NCBI GenBank assembly: GCA_964566905.1
Contig: CAZMJV010000005.1
Span: 1 to 58,241 of the forward strand
Source of the DNA: an uncultured Coriobacteriia bacterium
GTDB lineage: Bacteria; Actinomycetota; Coriobacteriia; Coriobacteriales; CAZMJV01
DNA: 58,241 nucleotides
Direction of reading: 5' to 3'
The translations under genes and the position numbers were made by a program. Below are positions 36,326-46,026 of this stretch, one piece after another; the first letter of the stretch is position 1, and each line of letters begins with the position of its first letter. Under the pieces are notes generated by a model. That model had not been told where the DNA came from and searched no databases. It saw only the letters and a list, made by a program, of their open reading frames with translations.

Positions 36326-37690
36326 GTGCAGATCACACCCGATGAGGTCGCAGAGACACTCTCGATGATCACCCAGCAGAACCTCGACATCCGGACCATC
36401 ACACTCGGACTGTCGCTCAAGGGCTGCGTCGACGAGGACATCGACCGCATGGCGGCCCGCGTCTACGAGCGCCTCACCTCGGCCGCGGAACGGCTCGTTC
36501 CCGTTGCCGACGAGTTGGAGCGCGAGTACGGCATCCCGATCGTCAACAAGCGCATCTCGGTGACTCCGATCGCGGAACTCGCGGCCGCCACCAGAGCCCT
36601 CGATATCACACCGATCGCGATCGCCCTGGACCGGGCGGGGCGCGAGGTCGGCGTCGACTTCGTGGGAGGCTTCTCGGCGCTCGTCCACAAGGGAATGGGC
36701 GACGGTGACCGCCGCCTCATCGAGTCGATCCCTCACGCGCTCTCGGTGACCGAGCGGGTCTGCTCGTCGGTGAACGTCGCCACGACGCGCGCGGGCATAA
36801 ACATGGACGCCGTCCTCCTCATGGCACAGACCATCCTCAAGGCCGCGCACCTCACCGCGGACGCCGACAGCATCGCCTGTGCGAAGCTCGTCGTGTTCGC
36901 CAACATGGTCGAGGACAACCCCTTCATGGCGGGAGCCGTGCACGGCGGCGGCGAAGCCGACGAGGTCATCAACGTCGGGATCTCGGGACCGGGCGTGGTG
37001 CGCGCGGTTGTCGCCGCGATGGATCCGACGGCGGACCTCACCTCGGTAGCCGAGGCCATCAAGGCGACCTCGTTCAAGATCACGCGCGCCGGAGAACTCA
37101 TCGCACGCGAGGCGGCGCGTCGCCTCGGATACGAGCGTGGCATCGTCGACCTCTCGCTCGCCCCCACTCCCGCCGAGGGCGATTCGGTCGCCGAGATCCT
37201 CGAGGCGATCGGCGTCGGCCGCTGCGGGGGTCCCGGCACGACCGCGGCCCTCGCGCTGCTGAACGACGCGGTCAAGAAGGGCGGGGCGATGGGGTCGAGC
37301 TCAGTCGGCGGCCTGTCGGGAGCGTTCATCCCCGTGTCCGAGGACCAGGGCATGATCCGCGCCGTCGAGTCGGGCGCCCTCTCCCTCGAGAAGCTCGAGG
37401 CGATGACCTGCGTGTGCTCGGTCGGTCTCGACATGATCGCGATACCCGGTGACACGAGCGTCGAGACCATCGCCGGAGTAATCGCAGACGAGATGGCCAT
37501 CGGCGTCATCAACCACAAGACGACCGCGGTTCGCCTCATCCCGGCGATCGGCAAGGGCGTCGGCGAGCGGGTGCACTTCGGCGGGTTGCTCGGAGAAGCT
37601 CCGGTCATGAACGTGAATTCCTGGGCCGGGACCGTGTTCGCCCACCGAGGCGGGCGTTTCCCCGCGCCGCTCGGCAGCCTCAGAAACTAG
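36326..37690 (+). CDS. UPF0210 / DUF711 (PFL-like) family protein
   Basis: The 454-aa product contains ...[16 protein letters not shown].. It has the typical size and pairs with the ACT protein. It starts with GTG. Confidence 0.88.
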   Translation: MQITPDEVAETLSMITQQNLDIRTITLGLSLKGCVDEDIDRMAARVYERLTSAAERLVPVADELEREYGIPIVNKRISVTPIAELAAATRALDITPIAIALDRAGREVGVDFVGGFSALVHKGMGDGDRRLIESIPHALSVTERVCSSVNVATTRAGINMDAVLLMAQTILKAAHLTADADSIACAKLVVFANMVEDNPFMAGAVHGGGEADEVINVGISGPGVVRAVVAAMDPTADLTSVAEAIKATSFKITRAGELIAREAARRLGYERGIVDLSLAPTPAEGDSVAEILEAIGVGRCGGPGTTAALALLNDAVKKGGAMGSSSVGGLSGAFIPVSEDQGMIRAVESGALSLEKLEAMTCVCSVGLDMIAIPGDTSVETIAGVIADEMAIGVINHKTTAVRLIPAIGKGVGERVHFGGLLGEAPVMNVNSWAGTVFAHRGGRFPAPLGSLRN

Positions 37691-38475
37691 AGACCCAACG
37701 CGTTCTGGAGCTCCTTGACCCTGCGGCGCGCAACAGGGAGCACGGTCGCGTCTCGGTCGACCAAGTACGTCACGTGCCCGCCGTTCTGGCGGCCGATCTC
37801 GCGGATTGCGCGAAGGGCGACGAGATAACTTCGGTGTGTACGGAGGTAGGTGCCGGGGCGCGTTTTCTCCTCAAGCTCGGAGAGGGTCATGTCCACGAGG
37901 TACTGGTTCTCGTAGGTGTGCGCGTAGGAAGACTTGTTCTTCGAGGAGAAGTACAGGATCGACTCTTCGTCGAGAAGCAGCGTGTGGCCCCCCTTGCGAA
38001 CGGGAACCCGACGCGATTCGTCGTGCTGTTCGCGCGGCGCGGTCCTGTTGCCGTTGAGGCTGGCGATACGAAGCGACAGCTCGACGGTCCCGATGGGCTT
38101 GGCGGCGTACTGCTGCACGCCGTGCTTGAACGCGAGGATTCTGCTGAACTCGTCGAACGTCTCACTGAGAACGATGACCGGAGTTCCCGCCGAGAGCGGG
38201 CTGCGCCTCATGTCGATGAGAGTGATCCAGCCGCGCTCGTCGTCGAAGGCGGGGTCGATCACCACCACGTCGATGGGATGCTGCTCGAAGAGCTCGCGCG
38301 CCTCCTGCCAGTTCTCGGCCCTGAGGACCTGGATACCATCGCGCGACAGGCCATCGACGTGGTCCTCGAGAACTCGCTCGTCATCGACGAGGAGCACCTG
38401 TATGGTCTGCTGGTTCACCGTCCGTACCTCGATTTCGACCTTAGGGTCACTCAATATCGCCTTCTGGTCCTCCAT
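37687..38475 (-). CDS. Response regulator with LytTR DNA-binding domain (no cognate kinase in window)
   Basis: The receiver region is IQVLLVDDE...DVVVIDP...PVIVLSE...KP. The C-terminal LytTR region is [32 protein letters not shown]...[12 protein letters not shown]. The ORF-track start at 38484 is TTG, so I prefer ATG 38475. Confidence 0.85.
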   Translation of the reverse strand: MEDQKAILSDPKVEIEVRTVNQQTIQVLLVDDERVLEDHVDGLSRDGIQVLRAENWQEARELFEQHPIDVVVIDPAFDDERGWITLIDMRRSPLSAGTPVIVLSETFDEFSRILAFKHGVQQYAAKPIGTVELSLRIASLNGNRTAPREQHDESRRVPVRKGGHTLLLDEESILYFSSKNKSSYAHTYENQYLVDMTLSELEEKTRPGTYLRTHRSYLVALRAIREIGRQNGGHVTYLVDRDATVLPVARRRVKELQNALGL

Positions 38476-38526
38476 AGTACCCAATCAGGGCAGCATCAGG
38501 CAATGAGGGGGACCCGGAGGTGTGCC

Positions 38527-39954
38527 CTAGGAACGAAGCCAGGCATCCATGTTCTGAGCCGCCGTGCGGCCCGCACCCATGGCGAGGATGACGGTCGCGG
38601 CGCCGGTGACGATGTCGCCACCTGCCCACACTCCCTCGACCGAGGTCGCACCGTGCTCGTCGACCGCAAGGTACCCGCGCGAGGTGCGCTCGGCGTCGGG
38701 CAGGGCCTGCTTGGCCAGAGGGTTCGCACGCGTGCCTACCGCGACTACGACCGTGTCGCACTCGATCACATGCTCGCTGCCCTCGACTGCCACCGGTGCG
38801 CGACGTCCGCTCGCGTCGGGCTCGCCGAGCTCCATCGAGAGGCAGCGCAGACCGGTCACGAATCCGTCGGAACCCTCGATCGCGATCGGAGCGTTGAGCT
38901 CCATGAACTCGACGCCCTCCTCGCGGGCGTGATGGATCTCCTCGATACGTGCGGGCATCTCCTCGACGGTGCGTCGATAAACGAGCATGACCTTGGTCGC
39001 GCCGAGGCGCAGCGCTGTGCGCGCCGCATCCATGGCGACGTTGCCGCCGCCGACCACGACCACGCGGCTGCCACGCCATGCGGGCGTCGCCGCCTTGGGG
39101 AAGTCCGCCGCATGCATCAGGTTCACGCGCGTGAGGAACTCGTTGGCAGCGAAGACGCCCGAGAGCCCCTCGCCGGGAACGCCGAGGAATACAGGAAGCC
39201 CGGCACCCAGGCCGAGGAACACGGCGTCGTAGCCGTCTCGGTTGAGCAGGTCGTCGACGGTCGCGAGACGTCCGATGACCGAGTTGTAGCGCATCTCGAC
39301 GCCCATGGCATGGAGGGATTCCACCTCGCTGAGCACGACCGCCTCGGGGAGGCGGAATTCAGGGATACCGTAGCCGAGCACCCCGCCAGGAGCGTGAAGA
39401 CTCTCGAAGACCGTCACGGCATGGCCGAGTCGTGCGAGCTCGGCGGCGCAGGCGAGACCTGCGGGACCGGAGCCGACGACTGCGCAGCGCTTTCCCGATG
39501 CCGGGAGTATCTCGGGCCTGCACTTCTCCTCCGGGCTGCAGAGCATGTCGCGATCGCCGAGGAAGCGCTCGAGGTTGCCGATCGCGACCGGCTCGCCGCG
39601 CTTCGCGAGGACACAGGCGCCCTCGCACTGCTTCTCCTGCGGGCAGACGCGCCCGCAGACCGAAGGAAGCTGGCTGCGCTCCTTGATGATGGCGATGCCT
39701 CGGTCCAAGTCGTCGTCGAGGATCGCGCCGATGAAGCCGCGGATGTCGATGTTTACGGGGCAGCCTTCCTGGCAGGTCGGTCTCCCGCACTGAAGACAAC
39801 GATCCGCTTCGGCCTTGGCCTCCTCTGGAGAGTAGCCAAGCCCTACGGGTCTGAAGTCTGTCGCACGCTCGCGCGGATCGGCCTCGCGCATCGGGGTGCG
39901 GGGGGCCTTGGAGGGGCGACGGCGCGGGGGCTGTACGGGTTCTATCGGCTGCAT
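38527..39954 (-). CDS. nfnB: NfnB / GltD-like NADPH-dependent oxidoreductase subunit (2x[4Fe-4S] + FAD)
   Basis: Motifs are CLQCGRPTCQEGCPVNIDI, VVGSGPAGLACAAELAR and VVVVGGGNVAMDAAR. GGGAG precedes ATG 39954. It overlaps the nfnA 3' end by 13 nt. Confidence 0.88.
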   Translation of the reverse strand: MQPIEPVQPPRRRPSKAPRTPMREADPRERATDFRPVGLGYSPEEAKAEADRCLQCGRPTCQEGCPVNIDIRGFIGAILDDDLDRGIAIIKERSQLPSVCGRVCPQEKQCEGACVLAKRGEPVAIGNLERFLGDRDMLCSPEEKCRPEILPASGKRCAVVGSGPAGLACAAELARLGHAVTVFESLHAPGGVLGYGIPEFRLPEAVVLSEVESLHAMGVEMRYNSVIGRLATVDDLLNRDGYDAVFLGLGAGLPVFLGVPGEGLSGVFAANEFLTRVNLMHAADFPKAATPAWRGSRVVVVGGGNVAMDAARTALRLGATKVMLVYRRTVEEMPARIEEIHHAREEGVEFMELNAPIAIEGSDGFVTGLRCLSMELGEPDASGRRAPVAVEGSEHVIECDTVVVAVGTRANPLAKQALPDAERTSRGYLAVDEHGATSVEGVWAGGDIVTGAATVILAMGAGRTAAQNMDAWLRS

Positions 39955-40778
39955 GTGCACTCCCGTGAATACTCGGCGTCGGCGGAGCGCTCGTCCTCAG
40001 AGAACATGCGCTGGCGGCTCATCAGCTCTTCCCAGTCGACCTGGTGCCCGTCGAAGTCGGGACCGTCCACGCACCCGAACTTCATCTCGCCTCCCACGGT
40101 GCATCGGCACGATCCGCACATGCCCGTTCCGTCGACCATGATCGGGTTGAGGGACACGGTGGTCGGGACGCCGAACTCCTTGGTCGCAAGGGCTGCGAAC
40201 TTCATCATGATCGCAGGGCCGACGATGAACACGTGGTCCACCTCGCCGGCTTCGCACAGGCGCACGAGCGGTGCGGTGACGAGGCCCTTCTCCCCCGCCG
40301 AACCGTCGTCTGTGACCGTGATGAATTGCTTGAGAGGAAGCGCAGCGAGCTCATCTTGCAGGATGAGGAGGTCGGCGTTTCGGGCACCGACGATCGCGGT
40401 GACGTCCGCGCCGGCGTCGCACAGGGCGCGCGCGACCGGGTAGGCGACCGACGTGCCCACTCCGCCGCCGACGACGACCCAGCGGCCGGGGGCGATATGG
40501 GTGGGCTCGCCGAGCGGGCCGACGACATCGCGAAGGTAATCCCCCGGTGAGAGGTGGGAGAGCTGATGGGTGGTCTTCCCGACCTTCATGAAGATGAATT
40601 TGATCCAACCCTCGGAGGCGTTCCAATCCGAGAAGGTGAGCGGGATGCGCTCGCCCTGTTCGTCGGCGCGGACCATGAGGAACTGTCCTGCGTGAGCAGC
40701 GGCCGCCACGGCAGGGGCCTCTACGGTGAACTCGTAGACCGCGTCCGACAACCGCCTGATGTCGAGAATACGATACAA
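39942..40778 (-). CDS. nfnA: NfnA / PyrK-like FAD/[2Fe-2S] subunit (sulfide dehydrogenase-like)
   Basis: The N-terminus is MYRILDIRRLSDAVYEFTVEAP..GQFLMVR..ERIPLT. The C-terminal cluster is CGSCRCTVGGEMKFGCVDGPDF. It starts with TTG after GAGGAGGG. Confidence 0.85.
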   Translation of the reverse strand: MYRILDIRRLSDAVYEFTVEAPAVAAAAHAGQFLMVRADEQGERIPLTFSDWNASEGWIKFIFMKVGKTTHQLSHLSPGDYLRDVVGPLGEPTHIAPGRWVVVGGGVGTSVAYPVARALCDAGADVTAIVGARNADLLILQDELAALPLKQFITVTDDGSAGEKGLVTAPLVRLCEAGEVDHVFIVGPAIMMKFAALATKEFGVPTTVSLNPIMVDGTGMCGSCRCTVGGEMKFGCVDGPDFDGHQVDWEELMSRQRMFSEDERSADAEYSRECTCSR

Positions 40779-40910
40779 AAAGACCCTCCTCGAGTAGTGG
40801 GGGGAAATGCGGTGATTGATTGTAGGACAGTATACCCCTGACGAAACAACGGCGACTTGCTATACTCGGCCAAGCACCTCCCATAGCCCTTTGACCGAGG
40901 AAGTCATACC

Positions 40911-42125
40911 ATGCGGCGAGCCAACAAGCTCACAGCACTCACTCTCACCCTCGTGCTGGCACTCTCAATCACCTTCTCCGCGGCGCCTCCGGCGTCCGCA
41001 GTCACGGCGGCCGATGCGGCCGCCGCTCAGAAGCGCGCCGACGAAGCGCGCAGGAAAGCCCAGGAGGCGAGCGGCGCTGCGGCGCAGCTCGAGGCCGAGG
41101 CGAAGGCGTTCGACGCCGAGATCTCTGCCGCGCAGGCGAAGGTCGCGAGCATTCAGCCCCAGAAGAACGAGGCGGTCAGCCGCGCCGATGAGATCCGGGC
41201 GGAAGTCTCGGCGCTCGAGGCTCAGATCGCCGCGAAGCGCGTGGAGCTCGGAGAAGTCCAGACGCGCTACGACGAGCAGAAGCGCCTTCTCGAAGGTCGG
41301 GTCAACGCGCTCTACCGCCAGGGAACGAACTTCATGCTCGAGTTCATCCTGACGGCGACGTCCATCGACGATTTCATCTCGCGTACCGAGTACGCGCAAC
41401 GCGTCCTCAAGTCAAACAGCGACGCAGCCGAGCAACTCTCGGTCGAGTACGCGAAGCTGACCGAGGTCAAACTCCAGCTCGACCAGTCACTTGAGAAGGT
41501 CAATGTCCGCAAGGCCGAGGCCGAGGCGATCGAGAACGAGCTCCTCGACCTCGACGCCCAGTACCGACAGGCCCTCGCCGACCAGGAGACGCTGGCCGCC
41601 CAGAAGACGGCGAAGATGAACGCCCTTCTCAAGGACGCGAAGGCGTTCGCCGCAGCGGCGGCTGCCGAGGAAGCAGAGTCCCGCAAGATCCTCGCCGAGC
41701 TCGCCGCGAACACAGGCTCGGGCGTGATCACCGGAGGTATCCTCGCATGGCCCGTCCCCTCCTCCTCGCGCATCTCCTCCCCTTGGGGCGACACCGAAGG
41801 GCGCACCAAGCCGCATAACGCGATCGACATCGCAGCCCCTTCGGGCTCTGCAGTCGTCGCCGCCAACGACGGCAAGGTGATCAAGGCAGACTACGGTTGG
41901 GGCGGCGGATACGGCAACCGTATCTGGATCGACCACGGCGAGGGCGTCATCACGTGCTACAACCACCTGCTCGCCGGGAGCTTCGCGGTCTCATACGGCT
42001 CACAGGTAAAACGCGGCCAGAGGATCGCAAGCGTGGGGAGTTCGGGAAGCTCCACCGGTCCCCACCTCGACTTCCAGGTGGTCGTCAACGGAGTCTTCAA
42101 GAATCCGATGAACTACCTCAGATAG
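40911..42125 (+). CDS. Secreted coiled-coil + M23 (LytM) metallopeptidase (EnvC-like architecture)
   Basis: It has a signal peptide and a long Ala/Glu/Gln coiled-coil region. The M23 motifs are intact: HNAIDIAAPSGSAVVAANDGKV, GGYGNRIWIDHGEGVITCYNHL and GSSTGPHLDFQV. Confidence 0.92.
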   Translation: MRRANKLTALTLTLVLALSITFSAAPPASAVTAADAAAAQKRADEARRKAQEASGAAAQLEAEAKAFDAEISAAQAKVASIQPQKNEAVSRADEIRAEVSALEAQIAAKRVELGEVQTRYDEQKRLLEGRVNALYRQGTNFMLEFILTATSIDDFISRTEYAQRVLKSNSDAAEQLSVEYAKLTEVKLQLDQSLEKVNVRKAEAEAIENELLDLDAQYRQALADQETLAAQKTAKMNALLKDAKAFAAAAAAEEAESRKILAELAANTGSGVITGGILAWPVPSSSRISSPWGDTEGRTKPHNAIDIAAPSGSAVVAANDGKVIKADYGWGGGYGNRIWIDHGEGVITCYNHLLAGSFAVSYGSQVKRGQRIASVGSSGSSTGPHLDFQVVVNGVFKNPMNYLR

Positions 42126-42144
42126 CAATCGCGACCAAACACAA

Positions 42145-42170
42145 AAGAGGAGCCCTGCGGGGCTCCTCTT
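42145..42170. terminator. Bidirectional rho-independent terminator
   Basis: aagaggagccc-tgcg-gggctcctctt is a perfect 11-bp stem flanked by A-run and T-run. It lies between the convergent M23 peptidase and pth genes. Confidence 0.75.
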
Positions 42171-42193
42171 CCAATTACGACTCGTATTGACGC

Positions 42194-42763
42194 TCAGGCA
42201 CTCGTATTGAACTCGCGCATCGCTGACTGCACGCCATGGTCGACGATGTGCAGGACGCACTTCGCAGCCGCAGGTATCGAATCCTCGAAGAGGGCAAGCG
42301 AATCCCCGCGAGGCTCCTGAAGCACGAAGTCGGAGACCGACATGCGCCCGGGAGGGCGTCCGATGCCGACGCGGACCCGCAGGTACTCGTCGGTTCCCAG
42401 CTTCTCGTGAAGGGATCTCAGGCCGTTGTGACCTGCATGCCCCCCACCCGCCTTCGCGCGGACGTCGCCGAGCGGGATATCGAGCTCGTCATGGACGACG
42501 ATCAACTCCGCCGGCTCCACTCCGAACTCCTCGAGCAACCGTTTGACCGGCCCGCCTGAGAGATTCATGAACGATTGAGGCTTGGCGAGCACGAGCTCCT
42601 CGCCATCCCTCTTCACAACCGCCACAGACGCACCGCAGCGGTTCTTCCAGTATGTCGCGCCGAGTTCCTCGGCGAGCAGATCGACCGTGCGGAATCCGGC
42701 GTTGTGGCGCGTCTTCTCGTATTCAGGACCGGGGTTGCCCAGTCCGACGACCAGTCGGGTCAT
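42194..42763 (-). CDS. pth: Peptidyl-tRNA hydrolase
   Basis: The signature is LVVGLGNPGPEYEKTRHNAGF...HNGLRS. Confidence 0.95.
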   Translation of the reverse strand: MTRLVVGLGNPGPEYEKTRHNAGFRTVDLLAEELGATYWKNRCGASVAVVKRDGEELVLAKPQSFMNLSGGPVKRLLEEFGVEPAELIVVHDELDIPLGDVRAKAGGGHAGHNGLRSLHEKLGTDEYLRVRVGIGRPPGRMSVSDFVLQEPRGDSLALFEDSIPAAAKCVLHIVDHGVQSAMREFNTSA

Positions 42764-42768
42764 CCAGC

Positions 42769-43389
42769 CTACTCTGCTGCTTCGCCGATGACCGTGGGCT
42801 CGGTCTCCTCAGTCGAGGCTTCGACCTCGACGTGCGGCGGCATGACGGAGCAGACCACGAGCTCCGGGTCGACCAGCACGGCGACGCCCTTGGGAATCGC
42901 GATGTCCGCGACCGTGAGCACATCGCCGATGTTGAGCGCGGAGACGTCGTAGTCGATGCGCTCGGGCAGGTCGGAGGGCAGTGCTTCGATTGCGAGCTCG
43001 TGCAGCTCGATGTTGAGGATCCCGGACTCGAGACGGACGCCTTCAGGCTCGCCGATCGCGTGGATGGCGACGCTCGAGGTGACCATCGTCTTCGCGTCTA
43101 CCGCGAGGAAGTCGATGTGCTCGGGAATCCGGGTGATCGGGTTGCGCTGAACCGCGCGGATCAGTGCCTGGACCGGCTTCTTGGAACCGGATATTGCGAG
43201 GTTCACCAGCTGGTTCGGACCGTGCATCGCAAGCGCTGCCTCGAACTCACGAAGCGAGACTGACAGGGGCTGTGCGTCGATCTTCGGACCGTACACAACT
43301 GCAGGGATTATTCCCTGGGGGGCCAGCTTGACATTGGCATGTCCGATACGGGTCCTGGGATCCACATTGAGGATCGTCGGTGCACTCAT
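42769..43389 (-). CDS. rplY: 50S ribosomal protein L25 / general stress protein Ctc (long form)
   Basis: The 206-aa product contains ...IPAVVYG...NLAISGSKKPVQALIRAVQRNPITR.. It has an acidic C-terminal tail. AAAGGAG precedes the ATG. It sits in pth-ctc-prs order. Confidence 0.9.
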   Translation of the reverse strand: MSAPTILNVDPRTRIGHANVKLAPQGIIPAVVYGPKIDAQPLSVSLREFEAALAMHGPNQLVNLAISGSKKPVQALIRAVQRNPITRIPEHIDFLAVDAKTMVTSSVAIHAIGEPEGVRLESGILNIELHELAIEALPSDLPERIDYDVSALNIGDVLTVADIAIPKGVAVLVDPELVVCSVMPPHVEVEASTEETEPTVIGEAAE

Positions 43390-43501
43390 ATGGCACTCCT
43401 TTCGTTTAGGCCTACCCTCAGTGTATACCTTTTACAGGCGACGACCCCACCTCTGGAGGCGGGGTCGCGAATAAGTACCCAAGTTGTAAAGTGCGTCTCG
43501 A

Positions 43502-44464
43502 CTAGAGCTGAAACTCCGGGTCGAAGAGGTTGGAGACCGACTCGTCGTTGAACACGTTTCGGATCGCACGTGCGAGAAGCGGGGCGATGGAGAGGACCTT
43601 GATCTTGCCCCCGAGCTGCTCCTCGGGAACAGGAATCGTGTTGCAGACGACGACTTCGACAACCGGGGACTGCGCGATGCGCTCGTAGGCGGGACCGGAG
43701 AAGATGCCGTGCGTCGCGGTGACATGAACGGAGGCCGCGCCGGCGTTGATCAGGGCCTTCGCTCCCTCGGTGATGGACCCGGCCGTGTCGATCATGTCAT
43801 CGGAGAGGATGCAGTTCTTGCCTGCGACGTTGCCGATGACGTGGCTGATCTCGGCGACGTTGTGGGCAGGACGCCCCTTGTGCATGATCGCGAGGTCCGC
43901 ATCGAGCATGTCTGCGAGCTTCTTGCACGCCTTGGCGCGCCCGACGTCGGGAGAGACCACGCAGACGTTCTCCATGCCCAGCGCCTCGAAGTAGTCGGCG
44001 AGAATGGGCAGCGCGGTGAGGTGGTTCACGGGGATGTCGAAGAATCCCTGGATCTGACCCTGGTGGAGATCCATGGTGATGACGCGATTGACCCCGGCGA
44101 CGGTCAGCAGGTTTGCGACGAGTTTCGCGGTAATGGGTTCGCGAGCGGCGGACTTCTTGTCCTGGCGCGCATACGCGTAGTGGGGCACGACCGCGGTGAT
44201 GCTTCGCGCCGAGGCGCGCTTGGCGGCGTCGACCATGATGAGCAGCTCCATCAGGATCTCGTTCACCTCTCCGCACACCGGCTGGAGCAAGAACACGTCT
44301 GCACCGCGGACCTGCTCGAGGAAGCGCACGTAGATCTCACCGTTCGAGAACTTCCGGATCTTCACGTCTCCGAGTTCGACGCCGAGCTCCTCGGCCACCC
44401 CCTGAGCAAGCTCGGGATTGGCGGTTCCTGCGAACAAGAGCATCTTCTTGGTGACTTCCTTCAT
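43502..44464 (-). CDS. prs: Ribose-phosphate pyrophosphokinase
   Basis: Motifs are LLFAGTANPELAQGVA, ...VVPHYAYARQDKK.. and LSDDMIDTAGS. The start is set at ATG 44464 (MKEVTKKMLLF). Confidence 0.94.
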   Translation of the reverse strand: MKEVTKKMLLFAGTANPELAQGVAEELGVELGDVKIRKFSNGEIYVRFLEQVRGADVFLLQPVCGEVNEILMELLIMVDAAKRASARSITAVVPHYAYARQDKKSAAREPITAKLVANLLTVAGVNRVITMDLHQGQIQGFFDIPVNHLTALPILADYFEALGMENVCVVSPDVGRAKACKKLADMLDADLAIMHKGRPAHNVAEISHVIGNVAGKNCILSDDMIDTAGSITEGAKALINAGAASVHVTATHGIFSGPAYERIAQSPVVEVVVCNTIPVPEEQLGGKIKVLSIAPLLARAIRNVFNDESVSNLFDPEFQL

Positions 44465-44510
44465 TAAATCCGCGCCCCTTCTTTTCGGACCTTTGTCGAC
44501 TTGTCTCGGC

Positions 44511-45860
44511 CTACTCGTTCCAGCCGGGGATGGTGATCTGCTCGTTGCGTTCGATGGCGAGCGCGTGTGCGGGGACGTCCTCGGCAATCGCCGAGCCCGC
44601 CGCGGTCACCGCATGGTCTCCGATGACTATGGGGGCGATCAGCATCGTATCAGAACCGATGAACACCCCGTCGCCGATGATCGTCGCCGACTTGCGGACG
44701 CCGTCGTAGTTGCAGGTGATCGTTCCGGCACCAAGGTTCGTCTTGGTACCGATCGTGGTGTCACCGACGTAGGAGAGGTGAGGAACCTTCGAGCCTTCTC
44801 CCACGGTCGAGTTCTTGATTTCCACGTGAGTGCCCGCCTTCGAGCCGTGCATCATGTGGGTATTCGGGCGGAGATACGCGCGAGGGCCGACCGCGACCTC
44901 GCCGTCGAGCCTGGACTTGAGGACGATGGAATCCTCGATGACGCATCCGTCACCGATCTCGGAGTCCACGATGCGGGTGTTGGGGCCTACGGTGCAGTGC
45001 GCACCGACAGCGGTCTCGCCCATGATCATCGTCAGAGGGAGCAGTTCGGTGTCACGCCCGATGCGGACATCGGGGCCGATCCACACGCTCTTGGGGTCGA
45101 GCATGGTCACGCCCTCGAGCATGTGCGCGACGTTGATGCGCTTCTGGGCCCTTTTGGTCAGCCGGGCAAGCTGCACGCGCGAGTTGACGCCCATCGTCTC
45201 GGTGGGGTCCTCGGTCGTGACCGCGGTGACGCCGAGACCGAGCGAGTTGAAGATCTCGACCATGTCGGTCAGGTAGTACTCGCCCTGCGCGTTCGAGGTC
45301 GAGAGGTCGCCGAGGTGCTCGAAGAGCAGTGCACTGTCGAAACAGTAGATGCCGGTGTTGCACTCCCTCACGGCGCGCTGGGCGTCGTTGCCGTCCTTCT
45401 CCTCGACGATCGCGCTCACGGCGCCGTCTTCGTCGCGGATGATGCGCCCGTAGCCGCAGGGATCCGCGAGATGCATCGTGAGAAGGGTGACCGCGGCGCC
45501 GGTCGACTCGCGTGCCGCGATGAGCCCGCGAATGGTCTCCGGTGAGATGAGCGGTGTGTCGCCCGAGAGGACCACGAGGGAGTCACCGAAGCCTACGAGG
45601 CTGTCGGAGGCGACCATGACCGCGTGGCCGGTGCCGAGACGCTGTTCCTGGCGAACACAGACGGTGTTGGGGATGAGTGCCTCGACCACCTCGGCGTGGT
45701 GACCGGTGACCGCGACGACCTTGTCGCAACCCGCCGCGGAGGCAGCGTCGACGACCCAGTTGATCATCGGCTTTCCCAGGAGCTCATGCGCGACCTTGGG
45801 GAGATCCGACTTCATGCGGGTCCCCTCGCCTGCCGCGAGGATGAGGGCAACGGAGCTCAT
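44511..45860 (-). CDS. glmU: Bifunctional UDP-N-acetylglucosamine pyrophosphorylase / GlcN-1-P N-acetyltransferase
   Basis: The N-terminus is LILAAGEGTRMKSDLPKV. The C-terminal half contains left-handed beta-helix hexapeptide repeats. Confidence 0.95.
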   Translation of the reverse strand: MSSVALILAAGEGTRMKSDLPKVAHELLGKPMINWVVDAASAAGCDKVVAVTGHHAEVVEALIPNTVCVRQEQRLGTGHAVMVASDSLVGFGDSLVVLSGDTPLISPETIRGLIAARESTGAAVTLLTMHLADPCGYGRIIRDEDGAVSAIVEEKDGNDAQRAVRECNTGIYCFDSALLFEHLGDLSTSNAQGEYYLTDMVEIFNSLGLGVTAVTTEDPTETMGVNSRVQLARLTKRAQKRINVAHMLEGVTMLDPKSVWIGPDVRIGRDTELLPLTMIMGETAVGAHCTVGPNTRIVDSEIGDGCVIEDSIVLKSRLDGEVAVGPRAYLRPNTHMMHGSKAGTHVEIKNSTVGEGSKVPHLSYVGDTTIGTKTNLGAGTITCNYDGVRKSATIIGDGVFIGSDTMLIAPIVIGDHAVTAAGSAIAEDVPAHALAIERNEQITIPGWNE

Positions 45861-45907
45861 TGACGTCCCTTTCTATACAAGTGCGCCGCTACGGCGCTTG
45901 AGAACTT

Positions 45908-45981
45908 TGGCTGGGGTACCAGGATTCGAACCTGGATAGCGGGTACCAAAAACCCGAGTCCTGCCGTTAGACGATACCCCA
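45908..45981 (-). tRNA. tRNA-Gln (anticodon UUG), CCA encoded
   Basis: The reverse complement is TGGGGTATCGTCTAACGGCAGGACTCGGGTTTTTGGTACCCGCTATCCAGGTTCGAATCCTGGTACCCCAGCCA. It folds as a cloverleaf: 7-bp acceptor stem, anticodon loop TTTTGGT, T-loop TTCGAAT. It closely resembles E. coli tRNA-Gln. Confidence 0.93.
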
Positions 45982-46026
45982 ATGTGCATCAGTGCAGTGT
46001 AGGGAGGCGGCTACGAAAGCGTCAAC

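Noticed and set aside
37774-40443. 889-aa plus-strand ORF spanning the response regulator, nfnB and nfnA regions
   Set aside because: It is antisense to three minus-strand genes with clear family motifs. The translation is Arg/Gly/Asp/His/Ala-rich with no recognisable domain. This is the typical long antisense ORF of GC-rich DNA.
43438-43468. Imperfect GC-rich hairpin between prs and the L25/ctc gene
   Set aside because: The stem has a mismatch and a bulge, and there is no U-tract on either strand. This is insufficient to call a terminator or attenuator.
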